A stretch of 64,000 bases of DNA, taken from positions 3,148-67,147 of the forward strand of contig CAVVGT010000005.1 in the NCBI GenBank assembly GCA_963747775.1, read 5' to 3'. The notes beneath the pieces were generated by a model, which was not told where the DNA came from, made no database searches, and worked only from the letters and a program-made list of their open reading frames with translations. The DNA comes from an uncultured beta proteobacterium (GTDB lineage Bacteria > Pseudomonadota > Gammaproteobacteria > Burkholderiales > SG8-39). Of the stretch, positions 9,686 to 17,842 are shown piece after piece (positions within the stretch are counted from its first letter, which is position 1; the number at the start of each line of letters is the position of its first letter). Both the position numbers and the translations under genes were made by a program.

Positions 9686-10120
9686 CTACCCGCCCGCCTG
9701 ATACGACTCGTCGAGGTACTCGGTCATCTTCGCCCGGAGGTCGTCCGGGATCGGCACCGCCTTGTAGGTCGTGTGCGTGAACGTGCAGACGGTATGGCGC
9801 GACCGGAAGCACGGCCGGTCCGCGACGAACGAGTCGATCGCCATCTCGATCGAGGCCCGGCCCAGCCGCACCACGCGCAGCTCGATGGCGAGCGTGTCGC
9901 CGAAGCGTGCGGGGCCGACGAATTCCGTGCGCGTGCTCACCGTCGGGACGCCGAGTTTCTTCTTGACGATGAAGTCGGCGAATCGCTCCTCGAGCCCATA
10001 AGTGAACCAGTCCTCCATCGCGGTGTGGAGGAGGTCGAAGAAGCGCGGGAAATAGACGATGCCCGCGGGGTCGCAGTGCGAGAAGAGGATCGGGTATTCG
10101 ACGCGGAAGACCTTGCGCAT
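9686..10120 (-). CDS. 4HBT (hotdog-fold) acyl-CoA thioesterase
   Basis: N-terminal ..YPILFSHCDPAGIVYFPRFF.. typical of YbgC/4-hydroxybenzoyl-CoA thioesterase family. 144 aa. Confidence 0.8.
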   Translation of the reverse strand: MRKVFRVEYPILFSHCDPAGIVYFPRFFDLLHTAMEDWFTYGLEERFADFIVKKKLGVPTVSTRTEFVGPARFGDTLAIELRVVRLGRASIEMAIDSFVADRPCFRSRHTVCTFTHTTYKAVPIPDDLRAKMTEYLDESYQAGG

Positions 10121-10141
10121 GGGCGCGGATGGTATCAGCGC

Positions 10142-10570
10142 TTACGCGTGCGGGGCGACGTACGACTCCATCTTCGCCCGCAGGTCGTCGGGCACCGGAA
10201 TCGCGCGGTAGGTATCGAGGGAGATCATCGCGACCTTGTGGCGCGCGCGGAACTTCTCGTTGCCCTCCACCGTGCCGCGGATCGAGAACTCGATCGAGCT
10301 GCGGCCGAGCTTCGCGATCGTGAGGGTGAGCTTGAGCCGGTCGCTCAGGCGGCACGGGCTGTAAAAGTGGCACCCGGTGTCGACGATCGGGAAGCCCCAG
10401 CGGCGCACGAGGTGGATCTCGTTGAAGTTCATGCCGATCACCTCGGCGAACCAGTCCTCGACCGTGCCGTTGCACATGTCGAAGAAGTGGACGAAATAGA
10501 CGATGCCGCCCGGGTCGCACTGCGAGAAGCGGATCACGCGCTCCGCGGAGTAGCTCCTGGACAACGTCAC
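10142..10570 (-). CDS. 4HBT acyl-CoA thioesterase, tandem paralog
   Basis: ..RFSQCDPGGIVYFVHFF.. and shared C-terminal ..IPVPDDLRAKM.. with the neighbour. Likely GTG start overlapping the iorA stop as GTGA. In the ORF track it is the tail of ORF 10142..12715. Confidence 0.7.
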   Translation of the reverse strand: MTLSRSYSAERVIRFSQCDPGGIVYFVHFFDMCNGTVEDWFAEVIGMNFNEIHLVRRWGFPIVDTGCHFYSPCRLSDRLKLTLTIAKLGRSSIEFSIRGTVEGNEKFRARHKVAMISLDTYRAIPVPDDLRAKMESYVAPHA

Positions 10571-12715
10571 GCCGGCTGCAGCCACCCGATCACCGTCGAA
10601 CGCGCGCGGTGCTTCAACCGGTCCCACCAGCTCGGGTTCTGCACGATCTCGGCGCGGAAGAAGCTCGGGCACAGGATCGCCGCGTGCGCCACCTCGCCGC
10701 AAAGGCCGCACCCGACGCAACTGTTGTTCACGTGCGCGACCGGGTCGACTTTGAGCGGGTCGGAGGAATCCTTCACCGTGAGCGACGGGCAGCCCGGACA
10801 GCCGGATGCACGAGTGGTCGCCCGAGCAGGTGTCCTCGTCCACGCCGAAGCGCGTGCGCACCACGCGACCGCCCGAGCTCAGCAGCTTCGCGAGCACCGG
10901 GCGGATGCGGCGCTGACGCTCGAGCTGGCACTCCGCCTCGGCAACGATCACCTTGAGGCCGGGCTCGGACGTGTTGAACGCGTCCTTCAGCGTCTGCGCC
11001 ATGTCGGACACCTTGTACGTGTAGACCGTCCGCAGCCACTTCACGCCCAGGCCCCGCAGCGTGTTCTCGATCGTCCGGTCGGCGTGGACGGCGCTCTGCT
11101 CGCGCGCCAGGTCCTTCGCGACTTCGGGCGGCGAGGAGACGATCTCCTGCGTGCCGGTCGCCGAGGTGTAGCCGTTCTTCATGATGACGAGCACGCCGTC
11201 GCCGCGGTTGAGCAGGTTGGAGGCGACGCCCGAGAGCAGGCCGTTGTGCCAGAACCCGCCGTCGCCCATGATCGACAGCGTGCGCCGTTCCATCGAGGGC
11301 CCGACGCCCGCCGCGCTCGCGAGGCTCATGCCGTAGCCGAGGATCGAGTTGCCCTGCGAGAAGGGCTCGAAGGTGGCGAACGCGTGGCAGCCGATGTCGG
11401 CGGCGACGTGCGGCTCGCCGATCTCGCGCTTCGCGAGCTTCATCGCCGCGAACACCGGGCGCTCCGGACAGCCGACGCAGAACGTCGGTGGGCGCGGCGG
11501 GAGCGGCTGGCCCAGGATCTCCGCGGCGCGGGCACGCGTTCCGTCCAGGGCTTCCAGCCAGCGCGCACCGGGCGACGTGTCGAGATGTGCGAGGTGCGCG
11601 GCGAGGAAGCGCGCGAACCCGCGGACGACGACTTCGGTCGTGTACTCGCCGGCCTGCACCAGCACGTCCTTGCCGTGAAGCTTCGTTTGAAGGTCCGCCC
11701 GGCGCAGGAGCGTAGCGATGTCCTGCTCGATGAACTCGGGCCGGCCTTCCTCGACGACCAGGACCGCGCGCTTGCCGGCGCAGAAGCCCGAGATCTCTTC
11801 CGGGACGAGCGGGTAGACGACGTTCAGCGCGAGGATCGGGATGCGGCAGACGCCGAAGTGGTCGGCGAGCCCGAGCACCTGCAGGGCGCGCACCACGTTG
11901 TTGTAGAGGCCGCCCTGGACGATGATCCCGACGTCGCGCTCGGATCCGTCGAAGACCTCGTTCAGCCGGTGCTCGGCGATGAACTTCCGCGCGGCGGGCA
12001 GGCGCACCTCGGCTTTGAGCTTCTCCTGCTTGAAGGTCGCCGGGGGATGCGAGAGCCGTTCGTACACGAAATCGGGCGGAGCGCTCAGGCGCAGCCGGGT
12101 CGACACGGCCGGCGCGCGGTTTGCGCGCGCGACGAAGCGCCCGGTGACGTGGCACGCACGGATGCGCAGGTCCATGAACACCGGCGTGTTCGACGCCTCG
12201 GAGAGCTCGAAGCCCTTCTCCACCAGGTTCACGATCATGGCGAGGTCGGGGCGCGGGTCGAGCATCCACAGCGAGGACTTGAGCGCGACCGCGTGCGTGC
12301 GCTCGAGCGCGACGCTCGCGCCCTCGCCGTAGTCCTCGCCGACCACGATCAGCGCACCGCCCACGACGCCCGCGGTGCTGAGGTAGGAGAGCGCGTCGGA
12401 GGCGACGTTGGTGCCGACGATCGACTTCCAGGTCACCGCGCCGCGCATCGGGTAGTTGATGGAAGCACCGAGCATCGCTGCGGCCGATGCCTCGTTGGTG
12501 CACGCTTCGACGTGCACGCCGAGCTCGTCCAGGTAGTCGCGCGCCTGCACCATGACGTCGAGCAGGTGCGACACCGGCGCACCCTGGTAGCCGCCGACGT
12601 ACGCCACGCCCGACTGCAGCAGGGCCTTCGTCACGGCGAGAATGCCCTCGCCGTGGAAGGTCTCGCCGTCGCCGAGCTTCAGGTTCTGGATCTCGTCGTG
12701 GAAGGAGACTTCCAT
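10567..12715 (-). pseudogene. iorA: indolepyruvate/2-oxoacid:ferredoxin oxidoreductase alpha subunit (IorA-like), copy 1, with +1 frameshift near 10792
   Basis: TPP motif GDGGFWHNG. Homology to copy 2 runs to ..DHSCIRLSG, then the frame turns R-rich. The conserved ferredoxin-type C-terminus (CVGCGLCGE..WLQPA) continues in ORF 10567..10776. One extra base relative to copy 2. Confidence 0.8.
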
Positions 12716-12724
12716 GGTCGCTCC

Positions 12725-13264
12725 TCAACGCCGCTTCCTGCGCGGCGCCCGCGTCGTTTTGCCGAGCTTACCGCGTCCGCCTGCGGCGCGCGGTGCCCCG
12801 CGCTCGGGCGGCCGGGCGTCAAGGCCGAGGTTGTCCCGCATACGGGCGAGCAGTGCGGCCAGCGTCTGCCGTTCACGGTCGGAAAACCCGCGCAGGAGCT
12901 CCCGATTGATGTCCAGCGCGAGCGGCAGGATCCGCTCGTACAGGCGCCGGCCCTTCGCGGTGAGCGCAAGCTCCACCGCGCGCTGGTCGTCCAGAGCGGC
13001 GGTGCGCTGCACCAGCCCCGCGCGGGCCATGCGGTCGAGGAACCGCGAAAGCGTCGAGTGCGGCGTGACCGAGTACTCCGCGAGGGCGGCGATCGTGCGT
13101 CGCCGGTTGGCCGCGAGGAAGGCGAGAACGCGCCAATGGCGGAACGTCAGCCCGACCGTCCTCAGTTCGTCGACCAGCCGCCGGTTGAGGCGGTTCGCGA
13201 TCCGGTTCATGAGGTAGGGCGCGGCCACCTCGATCCTGTAGCGCCTGACTTCGGGGCGTGGCAT
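12725..13264 (-). CDS. MarR family transcriptional regulator
   Basis: 179 aa with winged-HTH region ..FRHWRVLAFLAANRRRTIAALAEYSVTPHSTLSRFLDRMARAGLV.. Divergent from the dioxygenase genes. Confidence 0.85.
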   Translation of the reverse strand: MPRPEVRRYRIEVAAPYLMNRIANRLNRRLVDELRTVGLTFRHWRVLAFLAANRRRTIAALAEYSVTPHSTLSRFLDRMARAGLVQRTAALDDQRAVELALTAKGRRLYERILPLALDINRELLRGFSDRERQTLAALLARMRDNLGLDARPPERGAPRAAGGRGKLGKTTRAPRRKRR

Positions 13265-13355
13265 GTATGCGGCGCACCATTGCGGATCGTCCCGATTCTA
13301 CGACGCGCCGGGCTGCATGCGGTGCTTGACGCCGCCGGGAGCGAGCCGGAACAAT

Positions 13356-14690
13356 ATGCAGATGCATATTTCCGGCGCCGTCCGCGCAGGCCGCTCCGAC
13401 GCCGCCGATATGGTGCGCGACGGCCGGGCGAACCGCGCCGTCTACACCGACCCGGCGGTGTTCGAGCTCGAGCTGGAGCGCATCTTCGGGCGCGCCTGGC
13501 TCTACGTGGGGCACGAGAGCGAGGTGCCCGCGCGCGGGGACTGGATCCTGACGCGTCTCGGCTCGGCCGCGGTCATCCTCGTGCGGCAGGAGGACGGGGC
13601 GCTCGCGCTGCTGCACAACCAGTGCGCGCATCGCGGGGCCTGCGTGGTGTCCGAGCCGCGCGGCCACGATCGCCATTTCCGGTGTCCCTACCACGCGTGG
13701 ACCTATCGCCTCGACGGCAGTCTCGCCGGGGTTCCCATGGCGTCGGGCTACGGTCGGGCGGAGAGCGACGGCGAGCGGCGCGGCCTCGCCCGCGTGCCGC
13801 GCGTCGCGAGCTATCGGGGATTCGTCTTCGGGTCGCACGCGGCCGACGGTCCGGACCTGCCGGCCTTCCTCGGCGGGCTCGCGTCCGCCCTCGACAACCT
13901 CGTCGACCGCGCGCCCGCCGGGAGCGTCACGCAGGTCGGCGGCCGCCTGCGGATGGCGTACCGCGGCAACTGGAAGCTGTTCATGGAGAACGCGACCGAC
14001 CTCGTGCATCCGGGGTTCGTGCACGGCAGCTCCGTCGCGGCGGCGCGCGCCGCGCCCGATGCGCTGGCCGCGGACCCGTCCACCGCGCAGACGGCCCAGA
14101 TGCTGCTCGCGAACGGCCTGTCGGTGCCCGAATGGGACGACGTGCCGATCCGAACCTTCCCGGGTGGCCACGCATACATGGGCGGCTTCTATCGCACGGG
14201 TGTCATCGCGCCGGAGCGGAGCGATCCCGCGTACTCGCGCTACCGCCGGGCGCTGGTCGAGCGGCACGGCGAGGCGCGGACCGCGCAGATCCTCGGCATG
14301 GACCGGTTCAACAACCTGATCTGGCCGAACGTCTCGGTGAACTCGCGCTTTGCCGTGCTGCGGGTGGTGCAGCCGCTCGCCGTCGATCGCACCGTCGTGA
14401 CGGCAAGCTGCTTCCGCCTCGAGGGTGCGCCGGAGGAGATGTTCGATGTCACGCTCCAGTTCCTCAATACCGCCGCGTCGGCCGCCTCGCTCGTCGCCTC
14501 CGACGACCTGGAGATCTTCGAGCGCTGCCAGCGGGGCCTGGCATCGGGCGCGCAGGAGTGGGTGGACGTGAGCCGGGGGATGGCGACGGACCGCCGGTGC
14601 GAAGACGGCTCGATCGAGGCGAGCGGCACCAGCGAGGCGGCGATCCGCGCCCAGCTCGCCGCGTGGCAGACGTGGATGGCCCGGCCGTGA
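13356..14690 (+). CDS. Rieske-type aromatic ring-hydroxylating oxygenase, alpha subunit
   Basis: Rieske motif CAHRG..(17)..CPYHAW. Start taken at MQMH (aa 32 of ORF 13263..14690). Confidence 0.85.
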   Translation: MQMHISGAVRAGRSDAADMVRDGRANRAVYTDPAVFELELERIFGRAWLYVGHESEVPARGDWILTRLGSAAVILVRQEDGALALLHNQCAHRGACVVSEPRGHDRHFRCPYHAWTYRLDGSLAGVPMASGYGRAESDGERRGLARVPRVASYRGFVFGSHAADGPDLPAFLGGLASALDNLVDRAPAGSVTQVGGRLRMAYRGNWKLFMENATDLVHPGFVHGSSVAAARAAPDALAADPSTAQTAQMLLANGLSVPEWDDVPIRTFPGGHAYMGGFYRTGVIAPERSDPAYSRYRRALVERHGEARTAQILGMDRFNNLIWPNVSVNSRFAVLRVVQPLAVDRTVVTASCFRLEGAPEEMFDVTLQFLNTAASAASLVASDDLEIFERCQRGLASGAQEWVDVSRGMATDRRCEDGSIEASGTSEAAIRAQLAAWQTWMARP

Positions 14691-15184
14691 TCGCTGAACT
14701 GCCCGACGCGGGCGTGCGGCAGGCCGTGGAGGCGCTCGTGTTCGAAGAGGCGCGCCTGCTCGACGAGCGGCGCTTCGACGACTGGCTCGCGCTGTTCACG
14801 GAGGACGCGACCTACTGGGTGCCCGGGCAGCCCGGCCAGCGCTCCCCGCGCGACGGGTTGTCGCTCGTCTACGAACGCAAGCCCCTGCTCGCGCTGCGCG
14901 TGCAGCGGCTCGCGGGGGCGGGGATCCACGTGCAGACGCCGCCTGCCCGGACGCACCATCACGTCTCGGCCGTGGAGGTGCGCCCGTCCGCCGACGCGGA
15001 CGCCGCGTACGAGGCCGACTCGTCGCTCATCGTCGCGGAGTGGCGCGGTGACGAGGCCCGCTGGTTCGCCGGTCGCGCGCACCATCGGCTGCGGCACGCG
15101 GCCGGCACGCTGCGCATCGTCGCGAAGCGCGTGACGCTCATCAACTGCGATGCCCCGCATCGCGCCCTTGCTGTACCGTTCTAG
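14687..15184 (+). CDS. ring-hydroxylating dioxygenase beta subunit (NTF2/SnoaL-like)
   Basis: GTG overlapping the alpha stop (GTGA). ..EEARLLDERRFDDWLALFTEDATYWVP.. is typical of beta subunits. Embedded in the tail of shadow ORF 9773..15184. Confidence 0.8.
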   Translation: MIAELPDAGVRQAVEALVFEEARLLDERRFDDWLALFTEDATYWVPGQPGQRSPRDGLSLVYERKPLLALRVQRLAGAGIHVQTPPARTHHHVSAVEVRPSADADAAYEADSSLIVAEWRGDEARWFAGRAHHRLRHAAGTLRIVAKRVTLINCDAPHRALAVPF

Positions 15185-15206
15185 AACCGCCACCGGAGGA
15201 AGACCG

Positions 15207-16169
15207 ATGAACGCCAGGCAACTCTCGTCCGCAGCCGCGCTCGCCGCGCTCGTGACGCTCGGCCCGATCGCGCAGGCCCAGGAGGTCACGCTCAGGGCAG
15301 CGATGTTCGTGCCGCCGAACACGACGTTCGGCGAGATGTGCGGCCGGTTCGTGGAGCACGTCAACTCGACCTACAAGGGGACGGTGCAGATCCGCGTGGT
15401 CGGCGGCCCCGACGCGGTGCCGCCCTTCGAGCAGGGCAACGCGCTGCGCACCGGCGTGCTCGACGTCGCGTGCCTGCCGCCGGCGTTCTACGTCAGCGCG
15501 ATGCCGGAAGCGGACGTGGCGATCCTGTCGACGCTCAATTTCAGGCAGCAGCGCCAGTCGGGCGCGTGGGACGCGCTCAACAAGGCGCACAACCAGCGCA
15601 TGAACGCGTGGCTGCTCGCGGCCTACGGCGACGGCGTCGAGTTCCACGTCTTCACCAATCGGCCGGTATCCTCGATCGACGACCTGAAGGCGATGAAGCT
15701 GCGCACGACGCCGAACTACACGCCGTTCTTCTCGACCATCGGCGCGACGCTGATCAACACGCCGCCCGGCGAGGTGCGCACCGCCCTCGAGCGCGGCGTG
15801 GTCGACGGTTACGGCTGGCCGCTGATCGGCATCTTCGACCTCGGCTGGGGGAGCTTCACCAAGTTCCGGATCGATCCCGGGTTCTACAACGTGGTCGTGA
15901 ACGTCCTGGTGAACTTCCCGAAGTGGACGAGTCTCACGGACGCGCAGCGCGCGGCGCTGACGAAGGGCGCCGAATGGCTGGAGAACGAGAACACGAAGTG
16001 GGCCGCCGAGAAGGTGGCCTCCGAGCGCAAGCGGCAGGCCGAGGCGGGGATCAAGCCGGCCGAGCTCGGGCCGTCGTTCCGCAAGCAGGCCTACGACGCG
16101 TACTGGGCGGAGCTCAACAAGCGCGCGCCGGAGGCGGTCAAGTCGCTGCGGCCCCTGTTCGACAAGTAG
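15207..16169 (+). CDS. TRAP transporter substrate-binding protein (DctP family), orphan (no adjacent Q/M)
   Basis: Signal peptide MNARQLSSAAALAALVTLGPIAQAQE with GGAGGA RBS upstream. Paralogous to 23482..24441. Confidence 0.8.
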   Translation: MNARQLSSAAALAALVTLGPIAQAQEVTLRAAMFVPPNTTFGEMCGRFVEHVNSTYKGTVQIRVVGGPDAVPPFEQGNALRTGVLDVACLPPAFYVSAMPEADVAILSTLNFRQQRQSGAWDALNKAHNQRMNAWLLAAYGDGVEFHVFTNRPVSSIDDLKAMKLRTTPNYTPFFSTIGATLINTPPGEVRTALERGVVDGYGWPLIGIFDLGWGSFTKFRIDPGFYNVVVNVLVNFPKWTSLTDAQRAALTKGAEWLENENTKWAAEKVASERKRQAEAGIKPAELGPSFRKQAYDAYWAELNKRAPEAVKSLRPLFDK

Positions 16170-16254
16170 CGGCGCGGCTTCGCGTGGAGCGCATCCCGCC
16201 CGAGCAGCCCTACACGCCGGAGCGCATCCTCCGCGCGCTCGGCGCGGTCGAGTG

Positions 16255-17418
16255 ATGCGCGTCCTGGCGGTCCGCGAGGCGACGGTCCCGATTGGTGCGC
16301 GCATGCGCAACGCGTCGATCGCGTTCGACACGATGACGGCATCGGCCCTGGCGATCGTCACCGACCGCCAGGTCGCGGGCAAGCCGGTGATCGGCTATGC
16401 ATTCGACTCGATCGGGCGGTACGGCAAGGGCGGTCTGCTCGCGGAGCGCTTCGTGCCGCGGCTGCTCGCCGCCGCCCCCGAGCAGCTCCTCGATGCATCC
16501 GGATTGATCGACCCGGTGCGCGCCTGGCCGGTCATGATGGCGAACGAGAAGGAGGGCGGTCACGGGGAGCGCTCCGGGGCGGTGGGGCTTCTCGACGCCG
16601 CGCTGTGGGACGCGCGCGCGAAGGCGGAAGGCCGCCCGCTCTGGCGGGTTCTCGCGGACCGCTACGGTACGCCTGCGGCGACGCCCGCCATCGCGACGTA
16701 TGGCTCATGCGGCCACTATCGCCCGGGGGAATCGCTCGCCGACCTGGTGGCCGAGGTGCGACGCGCCGCCGACGCCGGCTACGCCACGGTCAAGATCAAG
16801 GTCGGCGGCGCGAGCATCGAGGAGGACTCGCGGCGCGTGGCCGCGGCGCGCGAGGTCGTCGCCCGCGTCGCAGTCGACGTGAACGGCCGGCTGGGCGACG
16901 CGCTGGCGGAACCATGGCTCGCGGCGATGGCCGGAGCCCGGGTCGAATGGGTCGAGGAGCCGGCGTCGCCGCTCGACTACCAGTCGCTCGCGCGGATCGC
17001 CGCGCAGAGCACCACGCCGCTCGCGACCGGCGAGAACCTGTTCTCGCTCGACGACGCCCGCAACCTGCTGCGCTACGGCGGGCTCCGGCCGGATCGCGAC
17101 CGCCTCCAGTTCGACATGCTGCTCGCCTATGGCGTGCCGGAGTACGCGCGCATTCTCGAGTCTTCCGCGGCGGCGGGCTGGCCGCGCGCGGCATTCTGGC
17201 CACACGCGGGACACCTCTTCGCGGCCCACTGCGTCGCCGGGCTGTCGCTCGGTTCGGCCGAGGCCGCGCCCGACGCGTCGCTTCCGTACGGCGGCTACTG
17301 GGATGGCGTGCCGGTGCGCGCCGGGCGGATCGAGATTCCCGCCGTGCCCGGCGTCGGCTACGAGGCGAAGGCGAACCTGCACGCATTGCTGCGCAATGCG
17401 CTCGAGACCGACACCTGA
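16255..17418 (+). CDS. enolase-superfamily enzyme (mandelate racemase/muconate lactonizing family)
   Basis: About 387 aa. ..KIKVGG.. and ..EEP.. metal-ligand-type regions. GTG at 16252 is an alternative start. Confidence 0.65.
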   Translation: MRVLAVREATVPIGARMRNASIAFDTMTASALAIVTDRQVAGKPVIGYAFDSIGRYGKGGLLAERFVPRLLAAAPEQLLDASGLIDPVRAWPVMMANEKEGGHGERSGAVGLLDAALWDARAKAEGRPLWRVLADRYGTPAATPAIATYGSCGHYRPGESLADLVAEVRRAADAGYATVKIKVGGASIEEDSRRVAAAREVVARVAVDVNGRLGDALAEPWLAAMAGARVEWVEEPASPLDYQSLARIAAQSTTPLATGENLFSLDDARNLLRYGGLRPDRDRLQFDMLLAYGVPEYARILESSAAAGWPRAAFWPHAGHLFAAHCVAGLSLGSAEAAPDASLPYGGYWDGVPVRAGRIEIPAVPGVGYEAKANLHALLRNALETDT

Positions 17419-17429
17419 GGGAGACCCGC

Positions 17430-17840
17430 ATGAAAGCGAAGCTGCGCCACATCGCCATCTCGGTGCCCGACCTGAAGAGCGCCGCCGCGTTCTACACGGA
17501 GACGTTCGGGCTCGCGGAGGTGAACTACGTCGAGACGCCCTACGGCGACGGCCTCTCGCTCTCCGACGGCGTGATCAACCTGACGCTGCTCAAGTTCCAC
17601 AGCGACGAGGCGGCGGGCGACGAGCGCGGCAAGGACTTCGTCGGCCTCCACCACATGGGTTTCATCGTCGACGACCTCGAGGCGATGAGCGCGCGCATCA
17701 AGGCGAACGGCGGCCGCTTCCACCGCGAGCTGAAGGGTGGCGGCGGGGTCGACTTCGAGCGCAAGTTCCGCGATCCGAACGGCGTCGTGTTCGACATCTC
17801 CCACCACGGCTGGGTGGGGATCGCGCTCGAGAAGGGCTGA
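17430..17840 (+). CDS. VOC/glyoxalase family protein
   Basis: MKAKLRHIAISVPDLKSAAAFYTETFGL.. and ..GLHHMGFIVDDLEA.. 136 aa, within ORF 16605..17840. Confidence 0.8.
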   Translation: MKAKLRHIAISVPDLKSAAAFYTETFGLAEVNYVETPYGDGLSLSDGVINLTLLKFHSDEAAGDERGKDFVGLHHMGFIVDDLEAMSARIKANGGRFHRELKGGGGVDFERKFRDPNGVVFDISHHGWVGIALEKG

Positions 17841-17842
17841 GC

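Noticed and set aside
10142-12715. The 857-aa ORF as a genuine IorA-thioesterase fusion protein.
   Set aside because: After ..CIRLSG the frame becomes an R-rich linker. The conserved ferredoxin-type C-terminus, identical to the paralog, continues in another frame (10567..10776). One extra base relative to copy 2 explains it.
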